Positions 47,601 to 56,300 of a stretch of 64,000 bases of DNA are shown here, piece by piece. The translations under genes and the position numbers were made by a program. Source of the stretch: Candidatus Oxydemutatoraceae bacterium (GTDB lineage Bacteria; Pseudomonadota; Gammaproteobacteria; Poriferisulfidales; Oxydemutatoraceae); NCBI GenBank assembly GCA_965219575.1, contig OZ244779.1, forward strand, positions 1,196,769-1,260,768. Direction: 5' to 3'. Each line of letters begins with the position of its first letter. The first letter of the stretch is position 1. Under the pieces are notes generated by a model. That model was not told the origin of the DNA and did no database searches. It was given only the letters and a program-made list of their open reading frames with translations.

Positions 47601-50600
47601 TCTTTTCATCCGCTCGTTTTCGACTACGACCTGATAGCCGAGGCCGATCGAATGACCGAAGTACGGCTCGATACCACCTCGACGCGGATAGGCACGACAA
47701 TCGATATTACTTGTCGCAACGGCTTGATATGTTCGCCGGGTATTCCGACATCGTTTGTATTGGACGGTAGCGATACAGCGAAAATTACGATAACCACGCA
47801 TAATTCCGATGCCGGCGAATTATCGTATAGCTTCTCGGTGCGTTACCACGAACTAAAAATCGAACGAATGACGGCAACGACAACGACGATCGTGCCGTTG
47901 TCGTTGTCGGTAGCCGAAGGCGAGCGTGTTCGCTTAATGGCTTCGTATCATTTTAGTTTGGATGAAAATTTATATCGCTACCGCTGGCGACAATCGTCGG
48001 GCGATGTGCTGAAGTTCGACGATAAGCAATCGCCGGTTGATATGCAAAATGCGATGTTGGATTTTATGATACCCGACGATGTCGTGTCTAAGCAAGACGA
48101 TAGCCGTGTCGTGCAGTTGACAGCGGAAGTCAATGTGAACGACGACATCTATTTAAGCAAAATGTTATCGTTGATAATTTCCAAACGAAATAACGATACC
48201 GCCGATCGTATTCGCTTACTCGAAGATAGCGATCAACCGGATACTTATGCCGTTCGATTTGAAAGAGACGACGGTAGCGAGTTTGTAGACCGCGACGGCG
48301 GTTTTGCCGAAACCCGTATACACTGGCAGCGTCGTCGTAGCGATGCCGAAGATTGGGTTGATGTCGGGAACGGGTCTCCGTATACCATTCCCGACGAGGG
48401 TGCTTATCAATATCGCGCACTCGCTACATACAAGGATAATCAGGGTTATCGCGAACAATTTGAGTCCGGAGTCATAAACTATTTAGACCTAGACGACGAC
48501 GGCGACGGTCTGATAGAGATTCGTTATTTGGAAGAGTTGGATGCGATACGCCATCAGCCGGACGGTAGCGGCTATAAAGCGACTGCGAGTGCGGATAAGA
48601 TTACTGCGGGGTGTCCGTTGGTCAACGGTATCGAGCAATGCCGAGGCTACGAATTGATGAACGATTTGGATTTCAACGACGACCAAAGCTATCGTACGCT
48701 TGATCCGTCGCGACTCAAGAACAGCTGGACGGTGAGCGATTTCAGTGCTGCAAGCGATGCCGGTTGGCAACCTATCGGTAGGTTTAATGCCGTATTCGAC
48801 GGCAACGGTTATACGATATCGAATATACAGATAAACCGTAGTGTCGGCAATACAAGCAATATAGGCCTATTCTCCGATATGGGTTCGGGTGGAAAGGTTA
48901 AAAACTTGGGGCTTATAGACCCGGCGATCAAAGGTTTAGTCGGGATTAAAAATGTAGGCGGTATCGCCGGCAGAATAGAACGCGGCGGTGTCATCATCAA
49001 TAGCTATGTGGTCGGCGATGTCGGCGCGGGAAACACCGATAAAATAATAACCGGGGATGTCGGATCCGGTAGCAATAGAGGATTCATCGGCGGGCTGGTC
49101 GGCTGGAACAAAGGTTTCGTACTCAATAGTTATGCAAAGATCAATGTGACTGCCGAAGATTCCGGAACACAAGGAAACAAGCGGGTCGGCGTGGGCGGTT
49201 TGGTCGGTAGGAACATAGACGGCGGCAAGGTGTATAACAGCTATGCTACCGGTGAGGTGAAAGGACCCTGCATCGTCGGGGGTTTGGTAGGCAATCAGTA
49301 TTCCACCAACTCGAATCAGTTATTGACCCGCAGCGAGATCAAAAACAGTTATGCGACCGGCAATGTAGAGACCGGGTTCGGGACTTGCAGTAATTCGAAC
49401 AACAAAGTTGCCGCTGCTTTAGTCGGTGTTAATACTAATTCAAGAGTTGAAAATAGTTATACCCTAGGCAAAGTTTCCGGTAGTGGCACATTGTCCAATT
49501 TAATTGCCGGAGGGTCTGCCCCGATAAATAGTTATTGGGATAGCGGAACGACTAATGTAGGCGGTGATGTTAGCGACAGGACTACTGCGAAAATGATATC
49601 GACACTCAGACCGGGCACGGCGGAAACCGACATTTATTATCGATGGAGTACCGATGACTGGGATTTCGGTACTACAAAACAATATCCGGCACTCAAATAC
49701 GGGGTCGGATTGGATAAAGATGACCCGGGTTGCGACACCGATCCCGAGACGGCGTTGCCGAGCTGTGACTCCTTATTGCACGGTCAGATTGCCGATACGC
49801 TTTTGTTGGATCGGCTGAGTGTGTCCGCCAATTCGAGGGCTGTGCGGCTGACCCCGAACTTCATGCCGAGTAGATTTAACTACGAAGCGGTGATTGATGC
49901 CGAGACCGCACCGGTGCTTATAAAAATTGCCACCGGTGCCGGCGAAGATACCGCAATCACGATTCGTAAAGACGGCGGTTCACCTTTGACCAAGCAATCG
50001 GACGGCACCGTGCAGATTAGTACGAACGACTCGTTCAATCTCGGGATTAAGACCGCAAGCGGAGATGAAAGAGCGGCAAACTATCGAATACAAGTGCATC
50101 TGAGTTATTTGCCGCAACCGAGAATACTCGAAGTAACCAACGGGAGTAACCCTGCCGAATTAGTCAAAGGAAATATCCTTAGCTTAAACGAGGGGGATGT
50201 CGTCCGCCTCGATGCCTCGAAGAGTTTCGGGCCGAACAATTCACGGTTGGATTACCGATGGAGTCAAGTATCGGGGAAACCGTTACTGCCGGAAGTACAA
50301 ACCACATCTACAGTAGAGTTTACGGTGCCTGCCGATTTTGTCGCCGCAGACGAGAACGATAGCACGGTGATCCTACAACTAGAGCTGAGCGAAAACAATA
50401 ATCCGACATCTGCGGTGAGCAGAGAAATACGGCTATCGGTGAGGAAAATAAATAACGGCAATGCCGAGAGTAATGCGAAATGGATCAGTAGCGATACGCT
50501 TTCGGCAGGCGATCTATCAAACGATATAGACGGAGGTCCTCTAAGCGATATTGATTATCAATGGTCGTCGGAACAAAACGGTAGATTTGTCGCAATACTC

Positions 50601-52964
50601 GGTGCGACTCGAAAAAGCTATACGCCTCCCGAAAATGCCCGCAACGCACGATACAGAGTCTCTATAAGCTACACCGACGGACAAGGTTACCGAACGAACA
50701 CTCACTACGATGCACCGAGATTTACGACGATTGCCGACTTCGTCGATAAAGATAACGACGGTTTGATAGAGATCGAGACACTCGAGATGTTCGATGCGAT
50801 TCGTTATCAATTGGACGGTAGCGGTTATCGTGCAAACGCTATGGCGGGTAAGATTACTACGGGTTGCCCTTTGGTCAACGGTGTGGAGAAATGCCGAGGC
50901 TACGAATTAGTCCGAGACTTGGATTTTCTGGACGATGCCGGCTACGGTTCGACCGCCAATAAAGTGGTTTGGACGAGCGGCGCAGGTTGGCAACCGATCG
51001 GTAGTGTTGCCGACAATAACAATGGATGTAGTGACTCGGCTAGCGGCTGTTTTGCCGCTATTTTGGAAGGCAACGGATATCGCATTTCCAATTTGTGGAT
51101 CGATAGAGAGCGTAGCGATAATGTAGGCATGTTTGCCGGAAATACCGGCACCATTCGTAATCTCGGGTTATCGATGATAGAAGTAACAGGCAATTCGAGG
51201 GTCGGTGGTTTGGTCGGTCGCAACGAAGGTGAACTAATGAGTATTCATATAGTCGAAGGCAAGGTTGCCGGGCAAAACAACATTATCGGTCTGTTAACCG
51301 GCATCGGCGTGTCGGGGTCGTCGATTACCGATAGTTATGTAAACGGCACCGTTGTAGGTTCTCGTTTTGTCGGTGGCCTCTGTGGCATAAATTACGGTGG
51401 CATTATCGGTGGCTATGCGGTTGCCGATGTTTCGGCACGGCGCGATGCAGGCGGTTTGGTCGGCGAGAATCAAGGAACTATCGGCAACAGCTATGCGGCG
51501 GGTTCGGTCGGCATCGGTGAGAAAAAACGAGCTGTCGGAGGTTTAGTCGGCACATTATGGTGGGGCGGTCGTGTCGTTGACAGCTACTCGACTGCCGAGG
51601 TAAGAACGACCTTTGTTGCGACAGCCGCCGACGATGCACAATATGTAGGTGGTTTAATCGGCAACCGGGCGTCACCCGGCCTGCAAGTCAATAATAGTTA
51701 TTGGGATACCAATGCGAGTGGGCGGACGGACTCTCCCGGAGGCGGTGTCGGCAAGACCCGGGCTGAATTGCAAATGCCGACGGTAGCCGGGACAAGGGTC
51801 GATGCTATTTATTACAACTGGGATAACTACAGATGGGATTTCGGCACTTCGGAGGAGTATCCGGTTCTCAAATATCACGATAACTCGTGTGGCACTTCGA
51901 CACCGTCACCGGATTGCGGTAAATTATTGCTGCATCAACGCGTTGGCTTGAGGGCTTTAGCGTTGGAGCAGAATGTGGAAGGAGAGCGGTTGTATCTTGC
52001 TCCCGATTTTGACTCTGCGATTACGACTTATACGGTGTCGGTGCACGCCGATGCGAGCGAGTTGAGAATCACCCCGACAGCGGCTAATCCCGATGCCGAT
52101 ATCGTAGCCGACGGCAAGGTTTTATCGGGAGACCACAGCGGCTATACCATTGCGATAGACACTTCCAAGCCTATGTCCACGGTCATCAAAGTTGCGGCGA
52201 GCAATTCGATGGGAACGGAGCATCCCATCGCCTACAAATTGACGGTGGGCAATCGTTTACCTACGATAGATATTAACGCGCCTGCTTCGATAAGCGAAGG
52301 CGGAACCCTTGTATTAAATACTTCTATAACCGATGCCGACGGAGACGAGTTGCGTTACAGTCTGAGTGCGATTACCGACTTATTGCCGAATTCAAAGGAG
52401 ATGACCGGCACTGCGGTAGGTGGTGCCGATCTAGTGTACGAGCTTGATATACCGAGTGATTTGCTCGGTGACAGGCAAAGCAGCGATGATATAGACATCG
52501 TGTTGACGGTTGAGGATGGCATGAGCGTTATCAATGAAACGGTGTCGATAACGATAATCAAAAAGGACAACGGTATGGTATCGGTTGCTACGCCGACGCT
52601 GGATGGTTTCACATACACCGTCGGAGATATAGATTTATCGTCGGATGGCGACGGAATAAATCCTGTTCCCGAGATAGCCTACCAATGGCAAAAGGAACTG
52701 TTGGGTGGCTGGTCGGATATCGACGGTGCCACCGATCGGAGTCATACCGCGGAGGGTATTATAGGTGACCGCTACCGCGTATTGGTCGACTATATCGATA
52801 AGCAGGGCTATAGATATCGGCGCGTTGCATCGCCGTCGGTATCGGCACCGCAGCAATTTATATATAATGCCGTGAGATCTAGGAGTGCGGTAAGAGCTTT
52901 GACGGATCGGGCACCGGGTATTTTCATACACATCAGAGTATTCCCCGAAGGACTGTTACTTTAA
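35646..52964 (+). CDS. Giant secreted adhesin-like protein 2 (5772 aa; Sec signal peptide; ten GLUG-repeat modules with cadherin-like/PKD-like spacers)
   Basis: Signal peptide MKLLFISTFIVVTGLLQPVSA|QD. Module heads (DxDxDGLI[ED]I or YLEDL) at about 35745, 38116, 39390, 40848, 42267, 43593, 45063, 46494, 48492 and 50745. Contains GGLVG repeats and WDFG..QYP caps, and ends GIFIHIRVFPEGLLL. Confidence 0.92.
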   Translation: MKLLFISTFIVVTGLLQPVSAQDTFECNYTTDIDQDKDGLIELCDLDALDAVRYQLDGSGYRESFDAVKITAGCPPSGCNGYELRRDLDFNIEDSYRDLANKAAWTSGSGWLPIGDRLNFFAARFEGNGHTIANLYIDRPSDYVGLFRATSTPAKISDLILSQINIKGNSYVGGLAGHNAGSVAYVGVEGGRLIATGNTVGGLFGANAGTILNGDVMLERLESRGHSLGGLVGHNEGHVTYSVADTGLFGVSQVGGLVGLNARGVLTDSRSDGTANGSDYIGGLVGLNHARISASYAIGKVISEGSYSGGLVGANDRGGRIADSRASGTVSGNLYAGGLVGWNRDSEITNSFALNRVDGNSDVGGLVGWNEGGRISNTYSSGSVNGMHRVGGLVGSNKGIVSDSFANGRVVASGVNTGGLIGWNYAHQTRDATTVRVIHSYWNSNTVGISLSAGGSPRTTEQLQSPTAPGLLGETFERWDVADWDFGTDEQYPILKHSEGSNTGHLLSGQYIMLSGLLVLDGLTLSPAFDPQTFDYRVHLSDDNLRQIRFSPTIANSTQTISVLKDEKTGLPSVNNGETVTVDLNGVPEPTLVTIARHYRIRVVHQSALQVKIGSNRSDYRVSEGQDIVFDVSTSEPDLRRVRYRWSQVSPLQPDLLTDSDTGLAELNIDIPDDFVARDNDESPVVLRVEVRVDETTVVRNTTMTVVKTNNGGISTLAAPTYREGTLTVADISEADLSMEPDGGVDPSSLSYRWQYKLPSASASWHDIEDATQIHYQIPFVLSAIDNVGYRVWLDYDDNQGYYHRIVSEPRSAMRVVADDGFSDIYYLEDLNAIRNQPNGKYELVRDLDFNSDASYRDPINKAKWTVADYENDADAGWLPIGTIANRFTGTFEGHGHAIFNLQINRDTADYQGLFGVSGSAATVRNVGLPNVKIEGNRYIGGVVGSSGGTIVGSYILGKVSANSFLGGLVGENDGRIINSYAGVVASALNRQLGDLVGINRGSITNSYATGNVEGVSAGSLVGQNFSAGSITNSYAIGRVQGSGGGLAATNEGVIRASYWNTETGGLQGRNGSGRTTQQMQLPTAAIGIYESWDNADWDFGNSAQYPILKYAPGPDGDACGVSGLPQCGALISPRLRYGLRSLATAGGVALAPEFDIEVQNRSGIYIGSLRSTDNTIRLIPTTIEPTADIRFYIGDDNTVYDHIRSGETSKAISLKTNFTTRIHIEVQGMLTVGYTLYIDHRNTAEFTAINYLEDLRAIHRQPGGSYKLARNLDFEDSKSYLDPLNRILWTVDDYNDAGDTGWVPIGNESKPFAGRFDGNGYTISGLQINRDDADNQSLFGVAASSAVISNIGLLNVKIEGGTQAAGLVGTNRGRVVHSHVGGSVRSKNMAGVIGGLVANNDGGDIIGSYALGRVSGISSVGGLVGDNNGRVINSRTDSIVTPDSGGSRFGGLVGRNRSLIANSYASGKILTKSSIKGGLVGWNDSQARIVNGYAAVDIVGAVAGGLVGYNRGAIKNSYAIGELRSTGNAIGSLIGANDGGTSVASYWNSDTIVAGSRNGIGQTTTQLKSPTAPGLPGETFESWDVADWDFGTFEQYPTLKYAPGSDGTACGLSGLPQCGDLISPGLRYGLHSLSTAGNARFFTPIDIEKLNQNNVYSITILNDRPSVRLTPVAIESTARISIIGSVRETLDSHDTSLPISLKNDEVKKVIIEVEGTRTVRYTLYLSYANYKLIDEDGDSLVDIDYLEDLDAIRYQLDGSGYRASIGSAKITSGCPRQGCRGYELSRDLDFNDAGSYRNAEENMGRWTGAGTWFPIGGTFTATFKGNNKTIANLSMGVNGGLFSAIGSDSRVARIDGIGLTGVDIKGNAVAGIAASCKRCTISNSYVIGDIQGTAAAAGLVNTIGATSGGRARISNSYFVGNIAVDGRSSVAGGLVGDVDSDLTITDSYVVGEISGEHNGGFIGGLVGVRSSSVIEIGNSYASVSATKAGVPQGLFGGNRDPNDQLAPTAKAIYLDKDISRIDVTLGESERTVVLQSPTSATGIYKNWDSDSWDFGTAEQYPAIKYNLDAASTDGDAYCDAVNIQKRPDACRTVLRHQGSLLQDLKLSEGAGLSGPFRFTSFDYGISVNADRSTIRMLPTAFNGVATIEVVKDGNIIGETDSGEWTAPIPLNDSGDTVVGLVVKDGKRHSYRYRFVVNRLDIVTQSVDGDGDGLIDISDATHLNAIRHRIDGSAYRESETAEVIYCSGSCTGYELTADIDLAGIEWQPIGSPNEPFSGVFKGNGYTISNLTIKANNTDNIGLFAAIGVGGRVENLGLVNVDIAGQGRRIGSIAAFNSGTIINSYADGKLVDSGGSINVVGGLVGRNERGEIVNSYAHVNIEAATGFAGGLVGEIQGGSVVNGYAGGDVRVDSGIAGGLVGTNGSRSSTVNDSYAVGDVQVGSGRAGGLVAASSGRQTLNNSYYRKGAVISGTDSLVGTDKTVAALKAGVPSDDVYTGWNTTDWHFGNAEQYPVLLYVAGDDNDHRACATSPTDTELPTCGTLLPGQRVGLAQMELSKNARLLPAFNPEIYDYNLVVHSGTTFRTIPIAYYDTDTITVDAAGLRSSTTGGQSLLFKLNDDLNGIVITVRSASHNVPTRYTIKVLHSIAVVDGLISIDYLEDLNLMRNPIERVSDILEDCPIDTEDNARRCRGYELSRDLDFEDPMSYRSGRVNPMWTTGVGWQPIGDSNNPFEYSFNGNSHTISNLRINDVAVDNIGLFGVSADAARIENIGLVAVDIDINGQSGIGALVGENRGTVVNSHVVGGDVRGNSSVGGLTGRNSGVIVNSYTNVAVAGTNFVGGLAGSSQSGSRIHNSYASGTVTGNDFVGGLVGLLQAGISNSYANVAVIGNKFVGGLVGGASNSVINSYAIGKISGDGEGLIGVVLIDFSAIQSYWDVATSTVGDDNNDLNGIGKTTSDLRTAAIGEGIYSGWGSDDWYSETGRYPLLRYTGATDIIARPACRVAENVDSELPVCGTLLPNQRIGLRNLARSNRVGQVLLLRPGFDSGIYDYELILKSDAREFSIIPYTFNPNAVIVVDDDSETNPQQELRSGKTLSLIIDNLNNSSLTLTVEDPLVSGATQTTIYRFEVSKHPFITTGDIDDDDDGLIEIRSVDDLNAIRYQPDGSGYKASRNDTKITVGCPETGCIGYELVQDLDVDDAMRFADWQPIGYIAPSGDADECNHPSNRCFSGIFDGNNHTISNLRIDKSDTDNVGLFAALADGAQVKNVNLANVSVEGRFGVGSLVAYNAGEIDNSYADGTITGERDVGGLVAYNVGRISDSYAYGAVSGGSSVGGLVARNESAGAIANSYSLSRVSGNTGIGGLVGLNLGSITNTHASGVVEGSMRIGGLVGANGGSVADSYATADILCTGVPMCTSYTVATGGLIGSDVGGVVANSYWDTGVSKLRVSAGGVGKTTLQLQSGSGQSSDASGAYYRWRDSDWYFGTVDQYPILKYADSTESTLVGLQSYGLTSLAIAEIVTLSPNFDTTKLYYRVGVELDTDIRKLHLTPNALDEDATIRIFSDNGFDETVASGTDSSAIVLRSTGTTVINIEVSGARRVLYRFEADYFSSGFEDDVDTDKDGLIDILSLEDLDAIRNALDGRRLRYQNADGVSIESAKGCPISGCKGYELMRDLDFDNPTHYRTGRVNTAWTGGAGWQPIGTSLYPFTATFKGNGYTISNLRVNRPDRDGGLFGVIDGSESDVVIEGLGLIDVDIVGGTHVGGLVGTNRAGDIRRSYVTGYVVARGDGTSAIVGGLVGRNVAGSITESYSQTQVKGNLSAGLSVASAGGLVALNDSRGRIENSYAVGSVIGRNTVGGLVALNRDSSEIIDSYAISRTIGIGAISKVGGLVAVNDAVVDDSYWDIEVSGIASSAGGTSATTAVLRSSTPISPINSIYKDWDTDVWEFADTNRYPELKAIADVPLLAPEGKSLLQSLTLSDNVRLFPSFHPLVFDYDLIAEADRMTEVRLDTTSTRIGTTIDITCRNGLICSPGIPTSFVLDGSDTAKITITTHNSDAGELSYSFSVRYHELKIERMTATTTTIVPLSLSVAEGERVRLMASYHFSLDENLYRYRWRQSSGDVLKFDDKQSPVDMQNAMLDFMIPDDVVSKQDDSRVVQLTAEVNVNDDIYLSKMLSLIISKRNNDTADRIRLLEDSDQPDTYAVRFERDDGSEFVDRDGGFAETRIHWQRRRSDAEDWVDVGNGSPYTIPDEGAYQYRALATYKDNQGYREQFESGVINYLDLDDDGDGLIEIRYLEELDAIRHQPDGSGYKATASADKITAGCPLVNGIEQCRGYELMNDLDFNDDQSYRTLDPSRLKNSWTVSDFSAASDAGWQPIGRFNAVFDGNGYTISNIQINRSVGNTSNIGLFSDMGSGGKVKNLGLIDPAIKGLVGIKNVGGIAGRIERGGVIINSYVVGDVGAGNTDKIITGDVGSGSNRGFIGGLVGWNKGFVLNSYAKINVTAEDSGTQGNKRVGVGGLVGRNIDGGKVYNSYATGEVKGPCIVGGLVGNQYSTNSNQLLTRSEIKNSYATGNVETGFGTCSNSNNKVAAALVGVNTNSRVENSYTLGKVSGSGTLSNLIAGGSAPINSYWDSGTTNVGGDVSDRTTAKMISTLRPGTAETDIYYRWSTDDWDFGTTKQYPALKYGVGLDKDDPGCDTDPETALPSCDSLLHGQIADTLLLDRLSVSANSRAVRLTPNFMPSRFNYEAVIDAETAPVLIKIATGAGEDTAITIRKDGGSPLTKQSDGTVQISTNDSFNLGIKTASGDERAANYRIQVHLSYLPQPRILEVTNGSNPAELVKGNILSLNEGDVVRLDASKSFGPNNSRLDYRWSQVSGKPLLPEVQTTSTVEFTVPADFVAADENDSTVILQLELSENNNPTSAVSREIRLSVRKINNGNAESNAKWISSDTLSAGDLSNDIDGGPLSDIDYQWSSEQNGRFVAILGATRKSYTPPENARNARYRVSISYTDGQGYRTNTHYDAPRFTTIADFVDKDNDGLIEIETLEMFDAIRYQLDGSGYRANAMAGKITTGCPLVNGVEKCRGYELVRDLDFLDDAGYGSTANKVVWTSGAGWQPIGSVADNNNGCSDSASGCFAAILEGNGYRISNLWIDRERSDNVGMFAGNTGTIRNLGLSMIEVTGNSRVGGLVGRNEGELMSIHIVEGKVAGQNNIIGLLTGIGVSGSSITDSYVNGTVVGSRFVGGLCGINYGGIIGGYAVADVSARRDAGGLVGENQGTIGNSYAAGSVGIGEKKRAVGGLVGTLWWGGRVVDSYSTAEVRTTFVATAADDAQYVGGLIGNRASPGLQVNNSYWDTNASGRTDSPGGGVGKTRAELQMPTVAGTRVDAIYYNWDNYRWDFGTSEEYPVLKYHDNSCGTSTPSPDCGKLLLHQRVGLRALALEQNVEGERLYLAPDFDSAITTYTVSVHADASELRITPTAANPDADIVADGKVLSGDHSGYTIAIDTSKPMSTVIKVAASNSMGTEHPIAYKLTVGNRLPTIDINAPASISEGGTLVLNTSITDADGDELRYSLSAITDLLPNSKEMTGTAVGGADLVYELDIPSDLLGDRQSSDDIDIVLTVEDGMSVINETVSITIIKKDNGMVSVATPTLDGFTYTVGDIDLSSDGDGINPVPEIAYQWQKELLGGWSDIDGATDRSHTAEGIIGDRYRVLVDYIDKQGYRYRRVASPSVSAPQQFIYNAVRSRSAVRALTDRAPGIFIHIRVFPEGLLL
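36012..38171 (+). repeat. About 2.16-kb segment apparently identical to 53699-55858 (offset 17687 bp)
   Basis: No differences were found by eye between these bounds, and the incidental ORFs are identical at offset 17687 (37000/54687, 37278/54965, 37336/55023, 37586/55273, 37858/55545). Confidence 0.9.
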
Positions 52965-53140
52965 TCTCATTCCTCGGCGATGACTATTGAAAAAGTGCCG
53001 TTGTGCACAAAGTCACGCCGATTGCTTTTGCTGTTCGTGTTATTTCTAATAGCCATAGACAGCTGAGTCTTGTATAACATGGTATTCCTTATGCTACTGT
53101 AAAAAGGAACGGTTATTTGCAGTAAACGGCAACCCTAATG

Positions 53141-53205
53141 TATAGAATTTACAAAAGATTACTATAGAATCTATAAAAGATTATTGTACATTTATATGGT
53201 AGAAT
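53141..53205 (+). promoter_or_regulatory. Putative promoter of giant gene 3: two 22-bp direct repeats and an extended -10 (TGgTAGAAT)
   Basis: tatagaatttacaaaagattac (53141-53162) and tatagaatctataaaagattat (53163-53184), then TGG-TAGAAT ending at 53205. Confidence 0.6.
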
Positions 53206-53236
53206 CCGCCCTTGAACAAAAATCAAGGAGAACCTA

Positions 53237-53290
53237 ATGAAAAAGGAGGCACTAAATTGGGGAACAAAATACTTTATAAGTAGCTTCTAA
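53237..53290 (+). other. Putative leader ORF MKKEALNWGTKYFISSF upstream of giant gene 3
   Basis: Preceded by a strong SD (AAGGAG). Ends KYFISSF-stop as upstream of gene 2, and is followed by an AGTCCG...CGGACT stem just before the GTG start. Confidence 0.4.
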
Positions 53291-53332
53291 GTCCGCTACT
53301 AGCTCCCCCATTAGTTATCGGACTCAAGTAAA

Positions 53333-56300
53333 GTGAAGCCACTTCCTTTATCTACTATTGTTGTAGTTATAGGGTTCTTGCAGTCCGTATCGGCTCAAGA
53401 TGTGTTTGAGTGCGATTACACAACCGATATAGATCAAGACAAAGACGGCTTGATAGAGCTATGCGATTTGGATGCACTCGATGCGGTTCGCTATCAGCTC
53501 GACGGCAGCGGTTATAGAGAAAGTTTCGATGCGGTCAAGATAACCGCCGGGTGTCCCCCGAGCGGTTGCAACGGCTACGAGTTGCGTAAAGATTTGGATT
53601 TCAATGCCGATGATAGCTATCGCGATCTCGCCAACAAAGCAGCATGGACGAGCGGTCTAGGTTGGTTGCCGATAGGCACTCGGCTCAACTTCTTTACTGC
53701 GAGGTTCGAAGGCAACGGTCATACGATAGCCAATCTTTATATCGATAGACCGTCGGATTATGTCGGTTTATTCAGGGCGACTTCGACGCCGGCTAAAATA
53801 AGCGACCTGATATTGTCGCAAATAAACATCAAAGGAAACTCGTATGTCGGTGGTTTAGCGGGTCATAACGCCGGTAGCGTCGCTTATGTCGGTGTCGAAG
53901 GCGGTCGCCTAATCGCTACGGGCAACACCGTAGGCGGGTTGTTCGGTGCCAACGCCGGGACAATACTCAACGGCGATGTCATGCTCGAGCGTTTAGAGAG
54001 TCGCGGGCATAGTCTCGGCGGTCTGGTCGGTCATAACGAGGGGCATGTTACTTATAGTGTTGCCGATACCGGTTTATTCGGTGTCAGCCAAGTCGGAGGC
54101 TTGGTCGGTCTCAATGCTCGCGGTGTATTGACCGACAGTCGCTCCGACGGGACTGCGAATGGGAGCGATTATATCGGTGGTTTGGTCGGTCTCAATCATG
54201 CTCGGATTAGTGCGAGCTATGCGATCGGCAAAGTGATAAGCGAGGGTTCGTATAGCGGTGGCTTGGTCGGTGCCAACGACCGTGGCGGTAGAATTGCCGA
54301 TAGTCGGGCGAGCGGTACGGTTTCCGGCAATCTCTATGCGGGCGGTCTGGTCGGTTGGAATAGGGACAGTGAGATCACCAATAGTTTTGCGCTTAATCGT
54401 GTAGACGGCAATAGCGATGTAGGCGGTCTGGTTGGCTGGAACGAGGGCGGTCGAATAAGCAATACCTATTCAAGCGGTTCTGTCAACGGGATGCATAGAG
54501 TCGGTGGTTTGGTCGGCAGTAATAAAGGCATCGTTTCCGACAGTTTTGCAAACGGACGCGTTGTCGCAAGCGGTGTAAATACAGGTGGTTTGATCGGCTG
54601 GAATTATGCCCATCAGACCAGAGATGCCACCACGGTGCGTGTGATACACAGCTATTGGAATAGCAACACTGTCGGGATATCGCTCAGTGCCGGTGGAAGT
54701 CCTCGGACTACCGAACAGCTACAATCACCGACTGCGCCCGGTCTACTCGGTGAGACTTTCGAGAGATGGGATGTTGCCGATTGGGATTTCGGCACCGACG
54801 AACAATACCCGATACTCAAACACAGCGAAGGTTCTAATACGGGACACCTATTGTCGGGTCAATACATTATGCTGTCGGGTCTGCTGGTATTGGACGGGTT
54901 AACTTTATCTCCGGCGTTTGATCCGCAAACCTTCGACTATCGCGTACACCTAAGCGACGATAACTTAAGACAAATAAGGTTCAGTCCTACGATAGCGAAT
55001 AGCACGCAAACGATTAGTGTTCTCAAAGACGAGAAAACCGGTTTGCCGTCGGTGAACAACGGCGAGACGGTGACGGTCGATTTGAATGGTGTTCCCGAGC
55101 CGACCTTGGTGACGATAGCGAGGCACTATCGGATCCGAGTGGTGCATCAATCCGCCTTGCAAGTAAAGATCGGTAGCAATCGCTCGGATTACAGGGTGAG
55201 CGAAGGACAAGATATTGTATTCGATGTTTCAACCTCCGAGCCGGACTTGCGGCGAGTGCGCTATCGCTGGAGTCAGGTTTCACCGCTGCAACCCGATTTA
55301 TTAACGGACTCGGACACCGGCTTAGCCGAGTTGAACATCGATATACCCGACGATTTTGTAGCTCGAGATAACGACGAAAGCCCTGTTGTATTGCGAGTGG
55401 AAGTACGCGTCGATGAGACAACCGTAGTTCGCAATACGACGATGACGGTCGTCAAAACGAATAACGGCGGTATAAGCACCTTAGCTGCCCCGACCTATCG
55501 CGAAGGCACCCTGACGGTGGCGGATATAAGCGAAGCCGATTTATCTATGGAGCCCGACGGCGGTGTCGATCCGAGCAGCTTGAGCTACCGGTGGCAGTAC
55601 AAGCTACCGTCGGCTTCCGCATCATGGCACGATATTGAAGATGCGACGCAAATACACTATCAGATACCTTTTGTATTATCGGCAATCGATAATGTCGGCT
55701 ATCGTGTATGGCTGGATTATGATGATAATCAGGGTTACTATCACCGCATCGTATCCGAACCACGATCGGCTATGCGTGTTGTAGCAGATGACGGTTTTAG
55801 CGACATCTATTATCTGGAGGATTTGAATGCGATACGCAATCAACCGAACGGCAAATACAAATTAGTCCGAGATTTGGATTTCAATTCGGATGCGAGCTAC
55901 CGCGACCCGATCAATAAAGCGAAGTGGACGGTAGCCGATTACGGCAACGATGCGGACACCGGCTGGTTGCCCATAGGCACGATCGTAAATCGTTTCACGG
56001 GCACTTTCGACGGCAACGGTCATACGATATCCAATTTGCAAATTAATAGAGATACTGCCGACTATCAAGGTTTATTCGGTGCTGTGGGATCTGCGGCTAG
56101 CCTAAGAAATGTAGGCTTGTCTAATGCAAGGATAGAAGGGAAGCAAAATATCGGTGGGCTCGCCGGAGGCAACTTCGGCACGATTATCAATAGTTATGCA
56201 AATGATAGTGATATGTCGGCAACATCTATTGTCGGTGGGCTTGTAGGCTGGAACGGTATTCCTGCGCGTATCATCAATAGCTATGCCGGTGGTGATGTCG

